DNA from: Candidatus Latescibacterota bacterium
GTDB taxonomy: Bacteria; Latescibacterota; UBA2968
Direction: 5' to 3'
Assembly: GCA_965207885.1 (NCBI GenBank)
Contig: OZ242311.1
Location: 4,704,001 to 4,768,000, forward strand
Length of the DNA: 64,000 nt
Part shown: in pieces, positions 49,802-59,994 of the stretch
Layout: each line of letters opens with the position of its first letter
Position numbering within the stretch: the first letter of the stretch is position 1
Notes under the pieces: generated by a model
What the model was told of the DNA's origin: nothing
Seen by the model: the letters and a program-made list of their open reading frames with translations, nothing else
Databases searched by the model: none
Made by a program: the position numbers and the translations under genes

Positions 49802-50998
49802 CATAGTACACGACAAAACCTAAATCGGGTTAAAATCTGGCGGATTAATCAGTAAACGAATGCATTTGAGGAACTGCTGGGCTTGTTGGTGTATATTGAG
49901 CAGGACATACTGCAAATAGTCCAACCCATATCGGAAGAGACTTTTTTCCATCCGTCCGTGGTTTTTGACCTTCAAAGGTTTTGTAAGGGCGATCCATTCG
50001 CCGATGATATGGGCCCAGGTGCAGGCAATAGCCAAAAGCGCGATGAGTTTTTCAATGCGATCTTGATGTATAAGGTGGGTCTCTTCCAGATTAAATCCTC
50101 GACTTTTCAAATTTGCAAAAAGGACTTCAATGCCCCAACGTTTTTTATACACCTCCAATGCGACTTGACGTTGTTGGTTGCTTGCAAGAATGAGGTATTG
50201 ATCCTTCAATCTTAGCGCAGACATATACACAGGTAGGTCATAAACGCGGCGAGGTCTTTGTAGGCTGACCTGCTGATGGATGTGCAAATTTTCAAAGAGT
50301 TTTTTTATGGGTATCTCTCTATCTGCCCTTGAGACAAGGGCATTTTCCTTGATGCGGATGACAAAAGGGATGTTTTGTGTGTCTAACCACGCAAACCATT
50401 CTCTTCCAATGAATTCTCTATCTGCCAATACAACGCGGATATGAGACTTGGGAATGCGCGTAAGCACCTGTTTCATCAAATTGATACGCTCATCACTATT
50501 GGAATTGCCTCGTTTTTTTAACAAGTGCCAACACATAGGAAAGGCGACCCCTTCATAGATAATGCCTGCGGTTAGGATGTTGATATTGAATTTGCCTAAC
50601 TTCCAATTAGTGCGATCTATTGAGACTGCAAAATCGGTCTTTATAGGTAATAAGTGCAAGATCAGTCGCGTCACGGCTTCATAAGGAATGTCAAACTCAG
50701 CGAAAAAACGCTGTATCCTGCGGTAATTTGATTGCGGTTTGACCTGTCCATTTAGCGCATTAGCCAATTTGGCGAAGTTGACCCTGCTCAGCTTGACCAA
50801 AGACAAGATGAAGGCCGCTGTGAAAGTGATGCGTGCTTTATGCCACCCAAAATGGCCTTGCAATACATGGTGAAGTTGTATAACTTGACGAGACATAGAC
50901 CTGTGCCTTGTTGAGATGAGAAGGTTCGTTTTCACACATTCAAACCTAACTCTTTTTCACGTTTTGCACAGGTCTTTTATTTTTTGTCGTGTACTTTA
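49802..50998 (-). mobile_element. IS4-family insertion sequence, 1197 bp
   Basis: Terminal IRs CATAGTACACGACAAAA / TAAAGTACACGACAAAA (15/17); 9-bp target duplication AATGTCGAT at 49793-49801 and 50999-51007. Confidence 0.95.
49820..50896 (-). CDS. IS4-family DDE transposase
   Basis: IDRTNW, LADREF, YKKRWGIEVLF..LK (YREK motif); intact. An alternative GTG start lies at 50935. Confidence 0.95.
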   Translation of the reverse strand: MSRQVIQLHHVLQGHFGWHKARITFTAAFILSLVKLSRVNFAKLANALNGQVKPQSNYRRIQRFFAEFDIPYEAVTRLILHLLPIKTDFAVSIDRTNWKLGKFNINILTAGIIYEGVAFPMCWHLLKKRGNSNSDERINLMKQVLTRIPKSHIRVVLADREFIGREWFAWLDTQNIPFVIRIKENALVSRADREIPIKKLFENLHIHQQVSLQRPRRVYDLPVYMSALRLKDQYLILASNQQRQVALEVYKKRWGIEVLFANLKSRGFNLEETHLIHQDRIEKLIALLAIACTWAHIIGEWIALTKPLKVKNHGRMEKSLFRYGLDYLQYVLLNIHQQAQQFLKCIRLLINPPDFNPI

Positions 50999-51562
50999 AA
51001 TGTCGATATTGAATCTGGATTTGGACAATCTGTTCGCGTCCAGCTCAATCCCGAGAGCACGGTGACGCGGGCATTTGCGACGCTCGAGTGGTCGGGCGTT
51101 CCGCTCAAAGCCGATGCGGTGGCCGAATCCCATAGTTTGGAACTCGATGTGCGCTGGCGCGATGATGATGGCTTTCCCGTGTATCCCGATACGCTCAAAC
51201 AGGGGGCGATCTTTTGGGGGCATTTCAGCGTGAAAAACACATCTGTCGCACATATTCGCGAGATTGCATTGACTCAGTTGTTGCCTTCGAGTTGGGAAAT
51301 TGAAAATACGCGTTTGTCGGGCGCGCCAATGCCGGGATGGACGTCTAATTTAGGTTTGGGCAGTGAGGCGTATTTCGATATGCGCGACGATCGCGTAACA
51401 TATTTTTTTGACATCGCACCTGAGAGTAAAACGCAGAATTTTGTCGTGAAGCTCAATGCTGTTACCGCGGGCACATTTACCCTGCCGCCCACACTTGTCG
51501 AGGCGATGTACAATAATAAAGTTAAGGCGGTTGTGCCGGGTAGAACAGTGGTGGTGAGGTAG

Positions 51563-53848
51563 ATGAAACACCGATACAAAATTTTAATCGGTATTTTTGC
51601 GGGAATATTACTTCTGTACTTTGCCGTTCCGGTGCCGCATTTTTTAGAGGATTATAGCGCGGTTGTGCTGGATAAAGATGGGCGCATTTTGCGCGCATTT
51701 CTCAATAATCGCCAGCAGTGGCATTTCCCGCCTCAGAAGAATGTACGCGTTTCGCAGAAGCTCAAAACGAGTGTGCTCTATTTTGAAGATCGATACTTTG
51801 ATTACCACTTTGGTGTCAATCCCGTGTCCGTGGTGCGCGCGCTGTATCAGAATTTGAAACAGGGCAGAACTGTGAGTGGCGCAAGTACATTGACCATGCA
51901 AGTGGTGCGGCTGATGCATCCCAGGCCGCGCACTTATTTTAACAAGACACTGGAGATGATTCAGGCGCTGAAGATCGAGATGTGGTATTCAAAAGAAGAG
52001 ATTTTACAACTTTATCTGGATCACGCGCCTTATGGCGGGAATGTGGTGGGCTATCGGGCGGCGGCGTTGCGGTTTTTTCGTAAGTCGCCAGATCAGCTTA
52101 CCTGGGCAGAGGCGGCATTGCTCGCGGTGTTGCCCAATGCGCCGGGAAAAATTTCGCCTCAGACAAATCCCGATTTGTTAAAAAAGAAGCGCGATGCGTT
52201 GCTCACTGCGCTGTATAGGGCGGGATGTTTTGACGCGGAGACGCTGTATTTGGCGCAAAAAGAATCTGTGCCGCGCAAGTCGCATCCATTTCCCATGTTG
52301 GCTCCTCATCTGGCGCAGTACATTAAAGATCGCCAGACGTCATTTGTTCTTCCAACGACGATTGATCGAGATATCCAGATTCGAGCAGAAGCTCTCGTTG
52401 CGCGTCATATTAGCAGGTTGCGACAGCGCGGGATTCACAATGGTTTTGCACTGATTGCAGATACCAAAACGGGTGCTGTTCGCGCTTATGTCGGGTCTGA
52501 AAATTTCACGGATAGTCACGTCGATGGGATTCGCGCGCCGCGGTCATCGGGTTCGTTGCTCAAGCCATTTCTCTACGCGCTCAGTATGGATGCGGGGCTG
52601 ATTTTGCCGCAGAGCAAAATTCGGGATATTCCGACGTATTACGGCGCGTTTGCGCCACACAATGCCAATCGCACCTTTCAGGGGCTTGTCTCGGCGCACG
52701 ATGCTTTGATTTTTTCGGCGAATGTGCCTGCGGTGCGCTTGCTTTATGAGTATGGCGTGGTGGCGTTTTACGAACGGCTCCGCGCGGCTGGTTTGACGAC
52801 GTTGTTCCGCACGCCGAATGATTACGGTTTGCCCCTCGTTCTCGGCGGTGCCGAGGTGACGGGGTGGGATATGGCGGTACTCTTTCGCGGTTTGGGCAAT
52901 GGGGGCGTGTTTCAACCCCTTCATATCAATCCGGCAGATCGCCCGCCTGAAACCCCGCCTTTGCTCAGTCGTGGTGCGTGTTATCTGGTGCTGAATACGT
53001 TGCGCGATCTCTCGCGACCCGGAATAGAATTTTACTGGCATCAGTTTCAAAACCAGTGGCCCATTGCGTGGAAAACGGGTACGAGTTATGGGCATCGCGA
53101 TGCGTGGGCCGTGGGGGTGTCGCCACAGTGGACGATTGCTGTGTGGGTGGGCAATTTCACAGGTGAAGGGGTATCTGAACTCACGGGGGGGCGCTGTGCT
53201 GCGCCTTTGCTTTTCGATTTGTTTAATAGCTTGCCCCGCGATCCCGACCAACGGTGGTTCGCGGCACCACAGGCCGATTTGATCCGACGAGATGTCTGCG
53301 CAGATACGGGGTATCGCGCCGCGCCGCATTGTCCAGAGCGGGTTTCTGTGGAAGCACCTCGATCACTTTTGAAGATTTGTCCGTATCACCGGGTTATAAC
53401 GGTGAATGCCGACGGTACACAGCGCGTATGCTCTCTTTGCTGGCAGCCGGGTGAACACCATCGCATTGCGCGTCTGGTGTATCCGCCAGATGTTGTTCAC
53501 CACTTGCGGCAACGCGGTCAAAGCACGGGGGATTTGCCATCGCATCGCGCGGATTGTGCGGCGCAAGCAGATCACGCACCTGTACATATTGTGTATCCAA
53601 CGCGGAATGCGCGTCTTTATTTGCCCCGAGATTTTGACGGTACCGTGCAGAATGTCGTGTTGCGGGTGACACATCGCGATAAAAACCGCACGCTATACTG
53701 GTATCTCAACCATCGCTATTTGGGAGAGACGAATACGCGGCACGTCAAATCCGTCGCTTTGCCGACGGGCCAACACACTCTCGAGGTGATCGACGAGATC
53801 GGCCACCGGGATCAAACGCGCTTTTACGTCTCGTCCAGACAGGGATGA
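51563..53848 (+). CDS. pbpC: penicillin-binding protein 1C
   Basis: EDRYF, GASTLTMQ, SLLK (SxxK), SAN, KTGT; classic partner of alpha-2-macroglobulin. Confidence 0.95.
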   Translation: MKHRYKILIGIFAGILLLYFAVPVPHFLEDYSAVVLDKDGRILRAFLNNRQQWHFPPQKNVRVSQKLKTSVLYFEDRYFDYHFGVNPVSVVRALYQNLKQGRTVSGASTLTMQVVRLMHPRPRTYFNKTLEMIQALKIEMWYSKEEILQLYLDHAPYGGNVVGYRAAALRFFRKSPDQLTWAEAALLAVLPNAPGKISPQTNPDLLKKKRDALLTALYRAGCFDAETLYLAQKESVPRKSHPFPMLAPHLAQYIKDRQTSFVLPTTIDRDIQIRAEALVARHISRLRQRGIHNGFALIADTKTGAVRAYVGSENFTDSHVDGIRAPRSSGSLLKPFLYALSMDAGLILPQSKIRDIPTYYGAFAPHNANRTFQGLVSAHDALIFSANVPAVRLLYEYGVVAFYERLRAAGLTTLFRTPNDYGLPLVLGGAEVTGWDMAVLFRGLGNGGVFQPLHINPADRPPETPPLLSRGACYLVLNTLRDLSRPGIEFYWHQFQNQWPIAWKTGTSYGHRDAWAVGVSPQWTIAVWVGNFTGEGVSELTGGRCAAPLLFDLFNSLPRDPDQRWFAAPQADLIRRDVCADTGYRAAPHCPERVSVEAPRSLLKICPYHRVITVNADGTQRVCSLCWQPGEHHRIARLVYPPDVVHHLRQRGQSTGDLPSHRADCAAQADHAPVHIVYPTRNARLYLPRDFDGTVQNVVLRVTHRDKNRTLYWYLNHRYLGETNTRHVKSVALPTGQHTLEVIDEIGHRDQTRFYVSSRQG

Positions 53849-53877
53849 AGGGTATTTGGTAGGCAGGTGAAAAATCT

Positions 53878-54789
53878 ATGTACATTCCAGAAACACTATC
53901 GTCCAATCCAGAATGGGCTGAATGGATCGAACGGCTGCCAGATATCGTCGCTGCGTGTGCAAAGCGGTGGGATCTTCGAATTGAAGACCCCATGACAGAA
54001 GATTATGCCGAAATGTCCTATAGCTATATCGCGCCAGCGACGGATGCGAAGGGCACAGAGGTTGTTCTGAAAATCGGTTCGCCCGTGCAACTGGCGGAAA
54101 TCTGGCAACAAGAGTGCCACGCGCTGCAACTTTGCAATGGTGATGGTACGGTCAAGTTGCTCGATTTTGACGAGGCGTTGGGCGTGTTGATGCTCGAGCG
54201 CGTTCGCCCAGGTGTTCCTCTGGGTGTTTGCCCGGATGACGAGGAGAATACGCGCATTGCCGCTCGGCTGATGAAAAAGTTCTGGCAACCCGTTCCGAAA
54301 GTTCACAGTTTTTGGCCGACGGCTTATGAGATAGATGGCTTTGACAAGTTGCGAAAAAAATACAATGGCAGTACCGGGCCGCTGCCCGAAAAATGGGTTG
54401 TGCGCGCCGAAATGCTTTACGATGAGTTGATGAGCACCAGTACAGAAACGGTTGTTCTGCACGGGGATTTGCACCACTGGAATATTTTGAGTTCAGAGCG
54501 CGAACCCTATCTCGTCATTGATCCCAAAGGTTATTTTGGCGATCCGGGTTACGAGGTCGGTGCTTTTTTGGCGAATTATCCCGACGCATCCTGTGAAGGA
54601 TGTGACCGGGGCGAAATCGATGTTCGCCGCGTGGAGATTATGGCCGAAGAATTGGATATCCCGCGCGAGCGAATTATTAAATGGGGTCTGGTTCTGGCTT
54701 TAATCTGGGCGAGGTGGAGTGAGGATACGCCCGAAGAATTTTGGCGTACAGCTATCAATCGCGCCCAGGCGTTGGATCAGTTGCTTTAG
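53878..54789 (+). CDS. aminoglycoside/hydroxyurea phosphotransferase (APH(6)-like) family kinase
   Basis: VVLKI, LERV.PG, LHGDLHHWN, IDPKG. Confidence 0.85.
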   Translation: MYIPETLSSNPEWAEWIERLPDIVAACAKRWDLRIEDPMTEDYAEMSYSYIAPATDAKGTEVVLKIGSPVQLAEIWQQECHALQLCNGDGTVKLLDFDEALGVLMLERVRPGVPLGVCPDDEENTRIAARLMKKFWQPVPKVHSFWPTAYEIDGFDKLRKKYNGSTGPLPEKWVVRAEMLYDELMSTSTETVVLHGDLHHWNILSSEREPYLVIDPKGYFGDPGYEVGAFLANYPDASCEGCDRGEIDVRRVEIMAEELDIPRERIIKWGLVLALIWARWSEDTPEEFWRTAINRAQALDQLL

Positions 54790-54823
54790 GTCGTAGATTC
54801 ATTGTATCTCGCTTTTTGTCTTT

Positions 54824-54847
54824 CTTTGTGTCTTTGTGTCTTCGTGT
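54824..54847 (+). repeat. 8-nt short tandem repeat
   Basis: CTTTGTGT CTTTGTGT CTTCGTGT, intergenic. Confidence 0.65.
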
Positions 54848-54876
54848 GAGATATGTATCTAACGAAAGGAGATTTT

Positions 54877-56265
54877 ATGTCTGACCGTCCAAATATTCTG
54901 GTAATTATGTCCGATGAGCACGACCCGGCAGTGATGGGGTGTTATGGGGATTCTATTGTGCAAACGCCACATATGGATCGGCTGGCAGAAGAAGGTGTTG
55001 TGTTTGATGCGGCTTATACGACTTCACCGCTTTGCGCGCCTGCGCGTGCGAGTTTTACGGCGGTGCAATACGTGAGTCGCTGTGGGGTGTGGACCAATGA
55101 TTGTCAGTTGCCTTCTGACGATTATCCTTCGCTGCCTCACGCGCTGAATGCGGTGGGCTATGAATGCTGGCTGGGTGGCAAGATGCATTTTGCGGGTGCG
55201 CATCGCTATGGTTTTCGCGATGTTTATCCCGGTACGAATCAGGGGGACAGGAGTGGCAAGGGCGGGCGGCGAGCGTTCGATGATCTGAGTGAATCGAGTT
55301 TTGGTTGGGAAGGACGGGTGGCGGCTTTTAAGACGAGTGATACATCGCCCGTTTTGGAGAAGGACCGCAAGGTGACGGCGGAGTGCAGTGCGTTTTTGCG
55401 GAATCGCTCGGCGGATGATAAGCCGTTCTTTTTGCTGGCAGGTTATGTGGCACCGCATTTTCCGTTGACTATTCCAGAAGAATATTACGCGCCTTACAAA
55501 GACAGGGTGCCCATGCCCGAGATTCCCGAGGGTTTTTTGGATACGTTGCCGACCAATTACAAGCATTTGCGCGCCGGGTTTGGGGTGACAAAGGCGACGC
55601 CCGAGCAGACGAAGTTGGGGCGGGAGCTTTACTGGGGTTTTGTGAATTGGCTGGACGACGAGATCGGCAAGTTGCTCGCCGCGCTCAGTGATTCCGAAGT
55701 GGCGGATAATACGATTGTGATTTACTGCACGGATCACGGCGAGAACAAGGGCGATCACGGGTTGTGGTGGAAGAACAATATGTATGAGCACGCTTCGCGG
55801 ACGCCGCTGATTGTATCTTTTCCAAAACGCTGGGCAGGTGGGCAGCGGCGGACGGGTGTGTGTTCGCTGGTGGATCTGGCGCAGACCATAGCGGAGATCG
55901 GCGGGGCGGAACGCTCGGATGACTGGGATGGCGAGTCGTTGCTCAATTATCTGGACGATGGGAATAGCGATTGGCGGGATATTGCGGTGAGCGAATACTA
56001 CGCCCACAATATTGCGTCGGGTATGACAATGGTTCGGCAGGGTCCGTGGAAATACGTGTATCACGCGCGGTTTGACGAGGTGCACGGACCCGAACGCGAG
56101 TTGTACAATTTGGAAGAGGATACCGGGGAATTTAACAATCTGGCAAATGATCCCGCGCAGGCCGATCGCATCGCGCAATTGCACGCTTTGTTGGCGAGGG
56201 AATTGAGACGCGATCCCGAAGAGGCCGAGGCGCAAAGCCGAGCGGATTTGGCGAAGGGGTATTGA
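54877..56265 (+). CDS. formylglycine-dependent sulfatase (choline-sulfatase-like)
   Basis: PNILVIMSDEH, CAPAR, GKMH, PHFP, TDHGE. Confidence 0.93.
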   Translation: MSDRPNILVIMSDEHDPAVMGCYGDSIVQTPHMDRLAEEGVVFDAAYTTSPLCAPARASFTAVQYVSRCGVWTNDCQLPSDDYPSLPHALNAVGYECWLGGKMHFAGAHRYGFRDVYPGTNQGDRSGKGGRRAFDDLSESSFGWEGRVAAFKTSDTSPVLEKDRKVTAECSAFLRNRSADDKPFFLLAGYVAPHFPLTIPEEYYAPYKDRVPMPEIPEGFLDTLPTNYKHLRAGFGVTKATPEQTKLGRELYWGFVNWLDDEIGKLLAALSDSEVADNTIVIYCTDHGENKGDHGLWWKNNMYEHASRTPLIVSFPKRWAGGQRRTGVCSLVDLAQTIAEIGGAERSDDWDGESLLNYLDDGNSDWRDIAVSEYYAHNIASGMTMVRQGPWKYVYHARFDEVHGPERELYNLEEDTGEFNNLANDPAQADRIAQLHALLARELRRDPEEAEAQSRADLAKGY

Positions 56266-58367
56266 TGGACCTGTCGTTATACGAGACGATCTGGCTGGTC
56301 GGCGCTGTGATTGCCGCCGGGTTGCTCTGGGGCATTTTTGTTTCGGCGATAAAGCGGAAGGGTACGCCGCTGCCGCTGTTGTTGTTGATTTCGGCGGGGG
56401 CACTCTGGTACACGGGGGACGCGTTGCGCATTTTGATCGAGCAGGCTGCGCCGGATGCTGGTGCAGTGAATTATGCGGCGCATCTGGCGCGTTTTGGGCT
56501 GGATTTTTTGCCGTCTGCGCTGCTGGGAACCGTGCTGGCTTTTGCAGATGAGCACAAGGTGGCGCGTGGGTTGCGGCGGTATCTCATTCCTATCACTTTT
56601 GTGCCGGGGATAATCATTTTTTTGATTGGCATGTCTCAGGCGCCGATCAAGCGCGTGAGTTTTAGTCTGTATGCTATTGCTATGCTTCTGTTCTCGGCGT
56701 ATCTCTGCCGGGGATTTGCGATGCGGTCAGAGACAGAGGTGCATAAGGTGTTTTACCGGCTGATGGCATTCGCGCTGACGGGTATCGCGGTTTTGACGGT
56801 TTTTGCGTATCCGCTTGGGTTGCTTCAAAGTGCTGTTGTGGGACCGGTGCTCGCGCTGGTACTTTTTCTTTCGCCTATCGCGCCAGCGTATATTCTGGGT
56901 TATTTTATTTATCGGTACAGCTTTTTTCAGATTGTGGTGAATCCCGCGTTGTTTTATTCCGCGCTGACGGGTATTGTGTTGACGGTTTATTTGCTGGTGA
57001 TCCGGCGCGTTGCAGAGGCATTGGGGCGTCTGGATAGTGGGTTCAGGGTAGAGGTGGTTGAGGCTATTTTGATTTCGCTGCTGATTTTTTTGTTTCAGCC
57101 GATTAAGAACAGGTTGCAGGGGATAATCAATCGCCTGTTTTTCAGGACGCGCTACGAATACCAGCATTTGCTGGGTACGCTGAGCCAAACGCTGAATGTG
57201 CCGCACGCGCTGGAGAATCGGTTGAAGTCGGTGGTGGATGCGGTTGGAACTGTGTTGAAGGTGCATGCTGTTTCGCTGGTGGTGTTTGAGTACGAGGAGG
57301 GGCGGGTGAGTCAGGTGCAGGTGATCGCGAGCAGTGGTTTGCCGGGGTTTGAGCCGCCTGTTACACCGTTTGGGGATGGATACGGGGCGCAGATTGAGGC
57401 GGTGGTCGGCTGGCTGTTGGTCCACCGCCGACCGCTGGATGTGGGCGATTTACATCATCCGGCACTTACTGCAATACTCGCAAAGCAAGGGGTTGAACTG
57501 TGTATTCCGGTGTTGCAAGAGGAGAAGCCGGTTGGTTTGCTCTGTCTGGGAGAGAAGAAGCGCGGGGGGTCTTTTTCTTCCGAGGAATGGGACTTGCTGG
57601 GTACGCTTTGCAATCAGATTGCACTGGCGATTGAAAATACGCGCCTGGTGGAGCGGCGGTTGCAATTGGAGCGGCAGATGTACGAGGCAGAACGGCTTTC
57701 GGCGTTGGGGTTGCTTTCGGCGAGTATTGCACACGAGGTGAAGAATCCCCTGAGTTCGATCAAGGCGATTGCGACTGTGTTGCGGGAGGATTTGCAGGGG
57801 GATCAGACAAAGGCGGGCGATTTGTCTGTGGTGTTGCGCGAGATTGATCGGTTAAACCGCGTGGTGGATCGCTTGCTCAGATTTGCTCAACCCAAGCAGG
57901 ATGATGGGTTTCAAGTATTGAACCTGAAGGCGGTGCTGGAAGATGTGGTGCTGATTTTGTTTCACGAGGCGGAGCGACAGAATGTGGAGGTCTGTTTCGA
58001 AGTGGCGGATGGTCTCGTGGTGAAGGGCGATTCAGAGGATCTGAAGGAAGTGTTTTTCAATTTGATTTTGAACGGTATTCAGGCTATGGAAGGCGATCAG
58101 GTAGAGCGGCGGTTGACGGTGCAGGCGCGGCGGTTGCGCGGGGGTGTGGAGGTGCGGGTGCTGGATACGGGTCCGGGGATTTCAGCGGAGAATCAGGCTC
58201 GCATTTTTGAGCCGTTTTTTACGACGAAGGCTTCGGGTACGGGGTTGGGGCTTGCAATTGTGAAGCGCGATGTGGAGCGCATGGGGGGTGCGATTGAGGT
58301 GGCAAATGCAGATGGGGCAGGAGCGGTGTTTGCGGTTCAACTTCCCGGGGGGGATGATGCAGCATAA
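56265..58367 (+). CDS. multi-TM GAF sensor histidine kinase
   Basis: Polytopic N-terminus, GAF domain, AHEVKNPL, NLILN, DTGPG, FEPFFTTK..GTGLGL; TGATG overlap with the sulfatase. Confidence 0.93.
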   Translation: MDLSLYETIWLVGAVIAAGLLWGIFVSAIKRKGTPLPLLLLISAGALWYTGDALRILIEQAAPDAGAVNYAAHLARFGLDFLPSALLGTVLAFADEHKVARGLRRYLIPITFVPGIIIFLIGMSQAPIKRVSFSLYAIAMLLFSAYLCRGFAMRSETEVHKVFYRLMAFALTGIAVLTVFAYPLGLLQSAVVGPVLALVLFLSPIAPAYILGYFIYRYSFFQIVVNPALFYSALTGIVLTVYLLVIRRVAEALGRLDSGFRVEVVEAILISLLIFLFQPIKNRLQGIINRLFFRTRYEYQHLLGTLSQTLNVPHALENRLKSVVDAVGTVLKVHAVSLVVFEYEEGRVSQVQVIASSGLPGFEPPVTPFGDGYGAQIEAVVGWLLVHRRPLDVGDLHHPALTAILAKQGVELCIPVLQEEKPVGLLCLGEKKRGGSFSSEEWDLLGTLCNQIALAIENTRLVERRLQLERQMYEAERLSALGLLSASIAHEVKNPLSSIKAIATVLREDLQGDQTKAGDLSVVLREIDRLNRVVDRLLRFAQPKQDDGFQVLNLKAVLEDVVLILFHEAERQNVEVCFEVADGLVVKGDSEDLKEVFFNLILNGIQAMEGDQVERRLTVQARRLRGGVEVRVLDTGPGISAENQARIFEPFFTTKASGTGLGLAIVKRDVERMGGAIEVANADGAGAVFAVQLPGGDDAA

Positions 58368-59748
58368 AATTCTGATTGTGGATGATGATCCTGCGGCGCG
58401 GTACGGGTTGAAGCGGGCACTTGCTGCGCTGGGGTGTGAGATTGTCGAGGCAGAGGACGGTGAGGCGGCGCTGGTGGCTGTGGCGCAGAGCAATCCCGAT
58501 TTGTTGATTTGCGATATCCAGATGCCGAAGATGGATGGGTTGACGCTGGTGAAGCGATTGGCAGATCAGGGGGATGCGCGGCCGGTTATTGTGATTACAG
58601 CGTATGGGTCGGAGCGGGTTGCTGTGGAGGCGATGAAGGCGGGGGCTTACGATTATTTGAGCAAGCCCTACGATGTGGATGAGTTGCGCTGTTTGGTGGA
58701 GAATGTTCTGGAGACGGTGCGATTGCGGCGGGAGAATGAGACGCTTCGCAACGAGATTCGGCAGCAGTCGGGGTTCGGTTTGCTGATTGGTCGCAGCCGC
58801 GCGATGGAGGGTGTCTATGATTTGATCGGGAAGGTGGCGATGACAGATGCGGGGGTGCTGATTAGCGGGGAGAGCGGTACGGGAAAGGAGTTGGTCGCGC
58901 GTGCGATTCACGAGCAGAGCGGGCGAAAGGCGCGGCCTTTTGTCGCGGTGAATGCGGCGGCGTTGCCGACGGAGTTGATTGAGAGCGAGTTGTTCGGGCA
59001 TGAGAGGGGTGCGTTTACCGGGGCGACTGCGCGGCGGCAGGGCAAGTTTGAGCTTGCAGATGGGGGGACGCTGTTTTTGGACGAGATCGGCGATATGCAT
59101 ATTGAGACGCAGGCGAAGTTGTTGCGCGTGCTGGAGGAGAAACAGTTTGAGCGGCTGGGCGGTTCGGAGACGGTGACGGTGGATGTTCGGATTATCAGCG
59201 CGACGAATAAGGATTTGCCAGCGGAGATTGTAGAGGGACGGTTTCGGGAGGATCTCTTTTATCGCTTGAAGGTGGTGGATATTTTTTTGCCGCCGTTGCG
59301 GGATCGGCGCGAGGATATTCCGCTGCTCGTTCAGCATTTTTTGGCGCGTTTTAATGATCAGCACGGCAAGGCGATGACGGATGTGCCGCCGGATGTGATG
59401 AAGATGTTGATGGTGTATGGCTGGCCGGGCAATATACGGGAGTTGATGCACGCGGTCGAGCGGGCGGTTATTTTTTCGGATGGGTCCGAGTTGCGTCGCG
59501 ATTTGCTTCCCCAAGAGGTTCGGGGCGTTGAGTCTGTGGAGAGTGCAGAGTCTGTCTGGCGAGATGGGGTGTTTTTTCAAGATGCAAAGCAGGAGGTTGT
59601 GCAGTCTTTTGAGGTTGCGTTTATTCGGTCTGCATTGGAATACTACGAGGGCAATATTAGTCGCACAGCACCGGCTATTGGGATGAAACGGCAGGCGCTG
59701 CAACAGAAGTTGAAGGAGCACGGGATCGATCCCGGGATTTATCGTTAG
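58357..59748 (+). CDS. sigma54-dependent response regulator (NtrC family)
   Basis: REC domain (VDDD, DIQMP), GESGTGKE, GAFTGA, FLDEI, WPGNIREL, Fis-type HTH. Confidence 0.95.
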   Translation: MQHKILIVDDDPAARYGLKRALAALGCEIVEAEDGEAALVAVAQSNPDLLICDIQMPKMDGLTLVKRLADQGDARPVIVITAYGSERVAVEAMKAGAYDYLSKPYDVDELRCLVENVLETVRLRRENETLRNEIRQQSGFGLLIGRSRAMEGVYDLIGKVAMTDAGVLISGESGTGKELVARAIHEQSGRKARPFVAVNAAALPTELIESELFGHERGAFTGATARRQGKFELADGGTLFLDEIGDMHIETQAKLLRVLEEKQFERLGGSETVTVDVRIISATNKDLPAEIVEGRFREDLFYRLKVVDIFLPPLRDRREDIPLLVQHFLARFNDQHGKAMTDVPPDVMKMLMVYGWPGNIRELMHAVERAVIFSDGSELRRDLLPQEVRGVESVESAESVWRDGVFFQDAKQEVVQSFEVAFIRSALEYYEGNISRTAPAIGMKRQALQQKLKEHGIDPGIYR

Positions 59749-59777
59749 ACCCTTCCCAGTCCCTGTAACTTGACAGG

Positions 59778-59811
59778 TCCGGAGATACACATTGTGTCTC
59801 CGGATTTTTTT
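59778..59811 (+). terminator. intrinsic terminator
   Basis: TCCGGAGATAC..GTGTCTCCGGA followed by T7. Confidence 0.75.
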
Positions 59812-59821
59812 GTGCCTGCCG

Positions 59822-59859
59822 TGCAGTACTCAGTTTGCAGGTGCAATATTTAGTTTGCA
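59822..59859 (+). promoter_or_regulatory. tandem enhancer-like sites TGCA-N10-TGCA
   Basis: TGCAGTACTCAGTTTGCA (59822-39) and TGCAATATTTAGTTTGCA (59842-59), 20-bp period. Confidence 0.7.
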
Positions 59860-59922
59860 CTGATTGGGCGATTTTTGGGTTGGATAGCAGGGAAAATGGC
59901 CTTTTTCGGGGGAAAATGGTTT

Positions 59923-59938
59923 TGGCACGGGATTTGCA
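59923..59938 (+). promoter_or_regulatory. sigma54 -24/-12 promoter
   Basis: TGGCACG-GGAT-TTGCA matches the consensus sequence and spacing. Confidence 0.88.
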
Positions 59939-59994
59939 TATGACGTGTTGTGACCGAGAAGTTTGAGATGTGAACCTCTAAGAAGGAGGCTGAG

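Larger units (their letters stand above)
44869..51562 (+). pseudogene. bacterial alpha-2-macroglobulin, interrupted by a G8 frameshift and an IS4 insertion
   Basis: Lipobox LFAC, YTERGVYRPG, thioester YPYGCVEQ. The frame shifts at G8 (49707-49714), continues to ..RFYNVD, and resumes after the IS as NVDIESG..RDDR..EAMY. Confidence 0.92.

Noticed and set aside
53878-54789. Streptomycin resistance gene strB
   Set aside because: Only family-level motifs; chromosomal context; substrate cannot be inferred.
55024-56403. 459-aa antisense ORF
   Set aside because: Shadow of the sulfatase caused by codon bias; no motifs.
58219-59790. 523-aa antisense ORF
   Set aside because: Shadow of the sigma54 regulator; no motifs or RBS.
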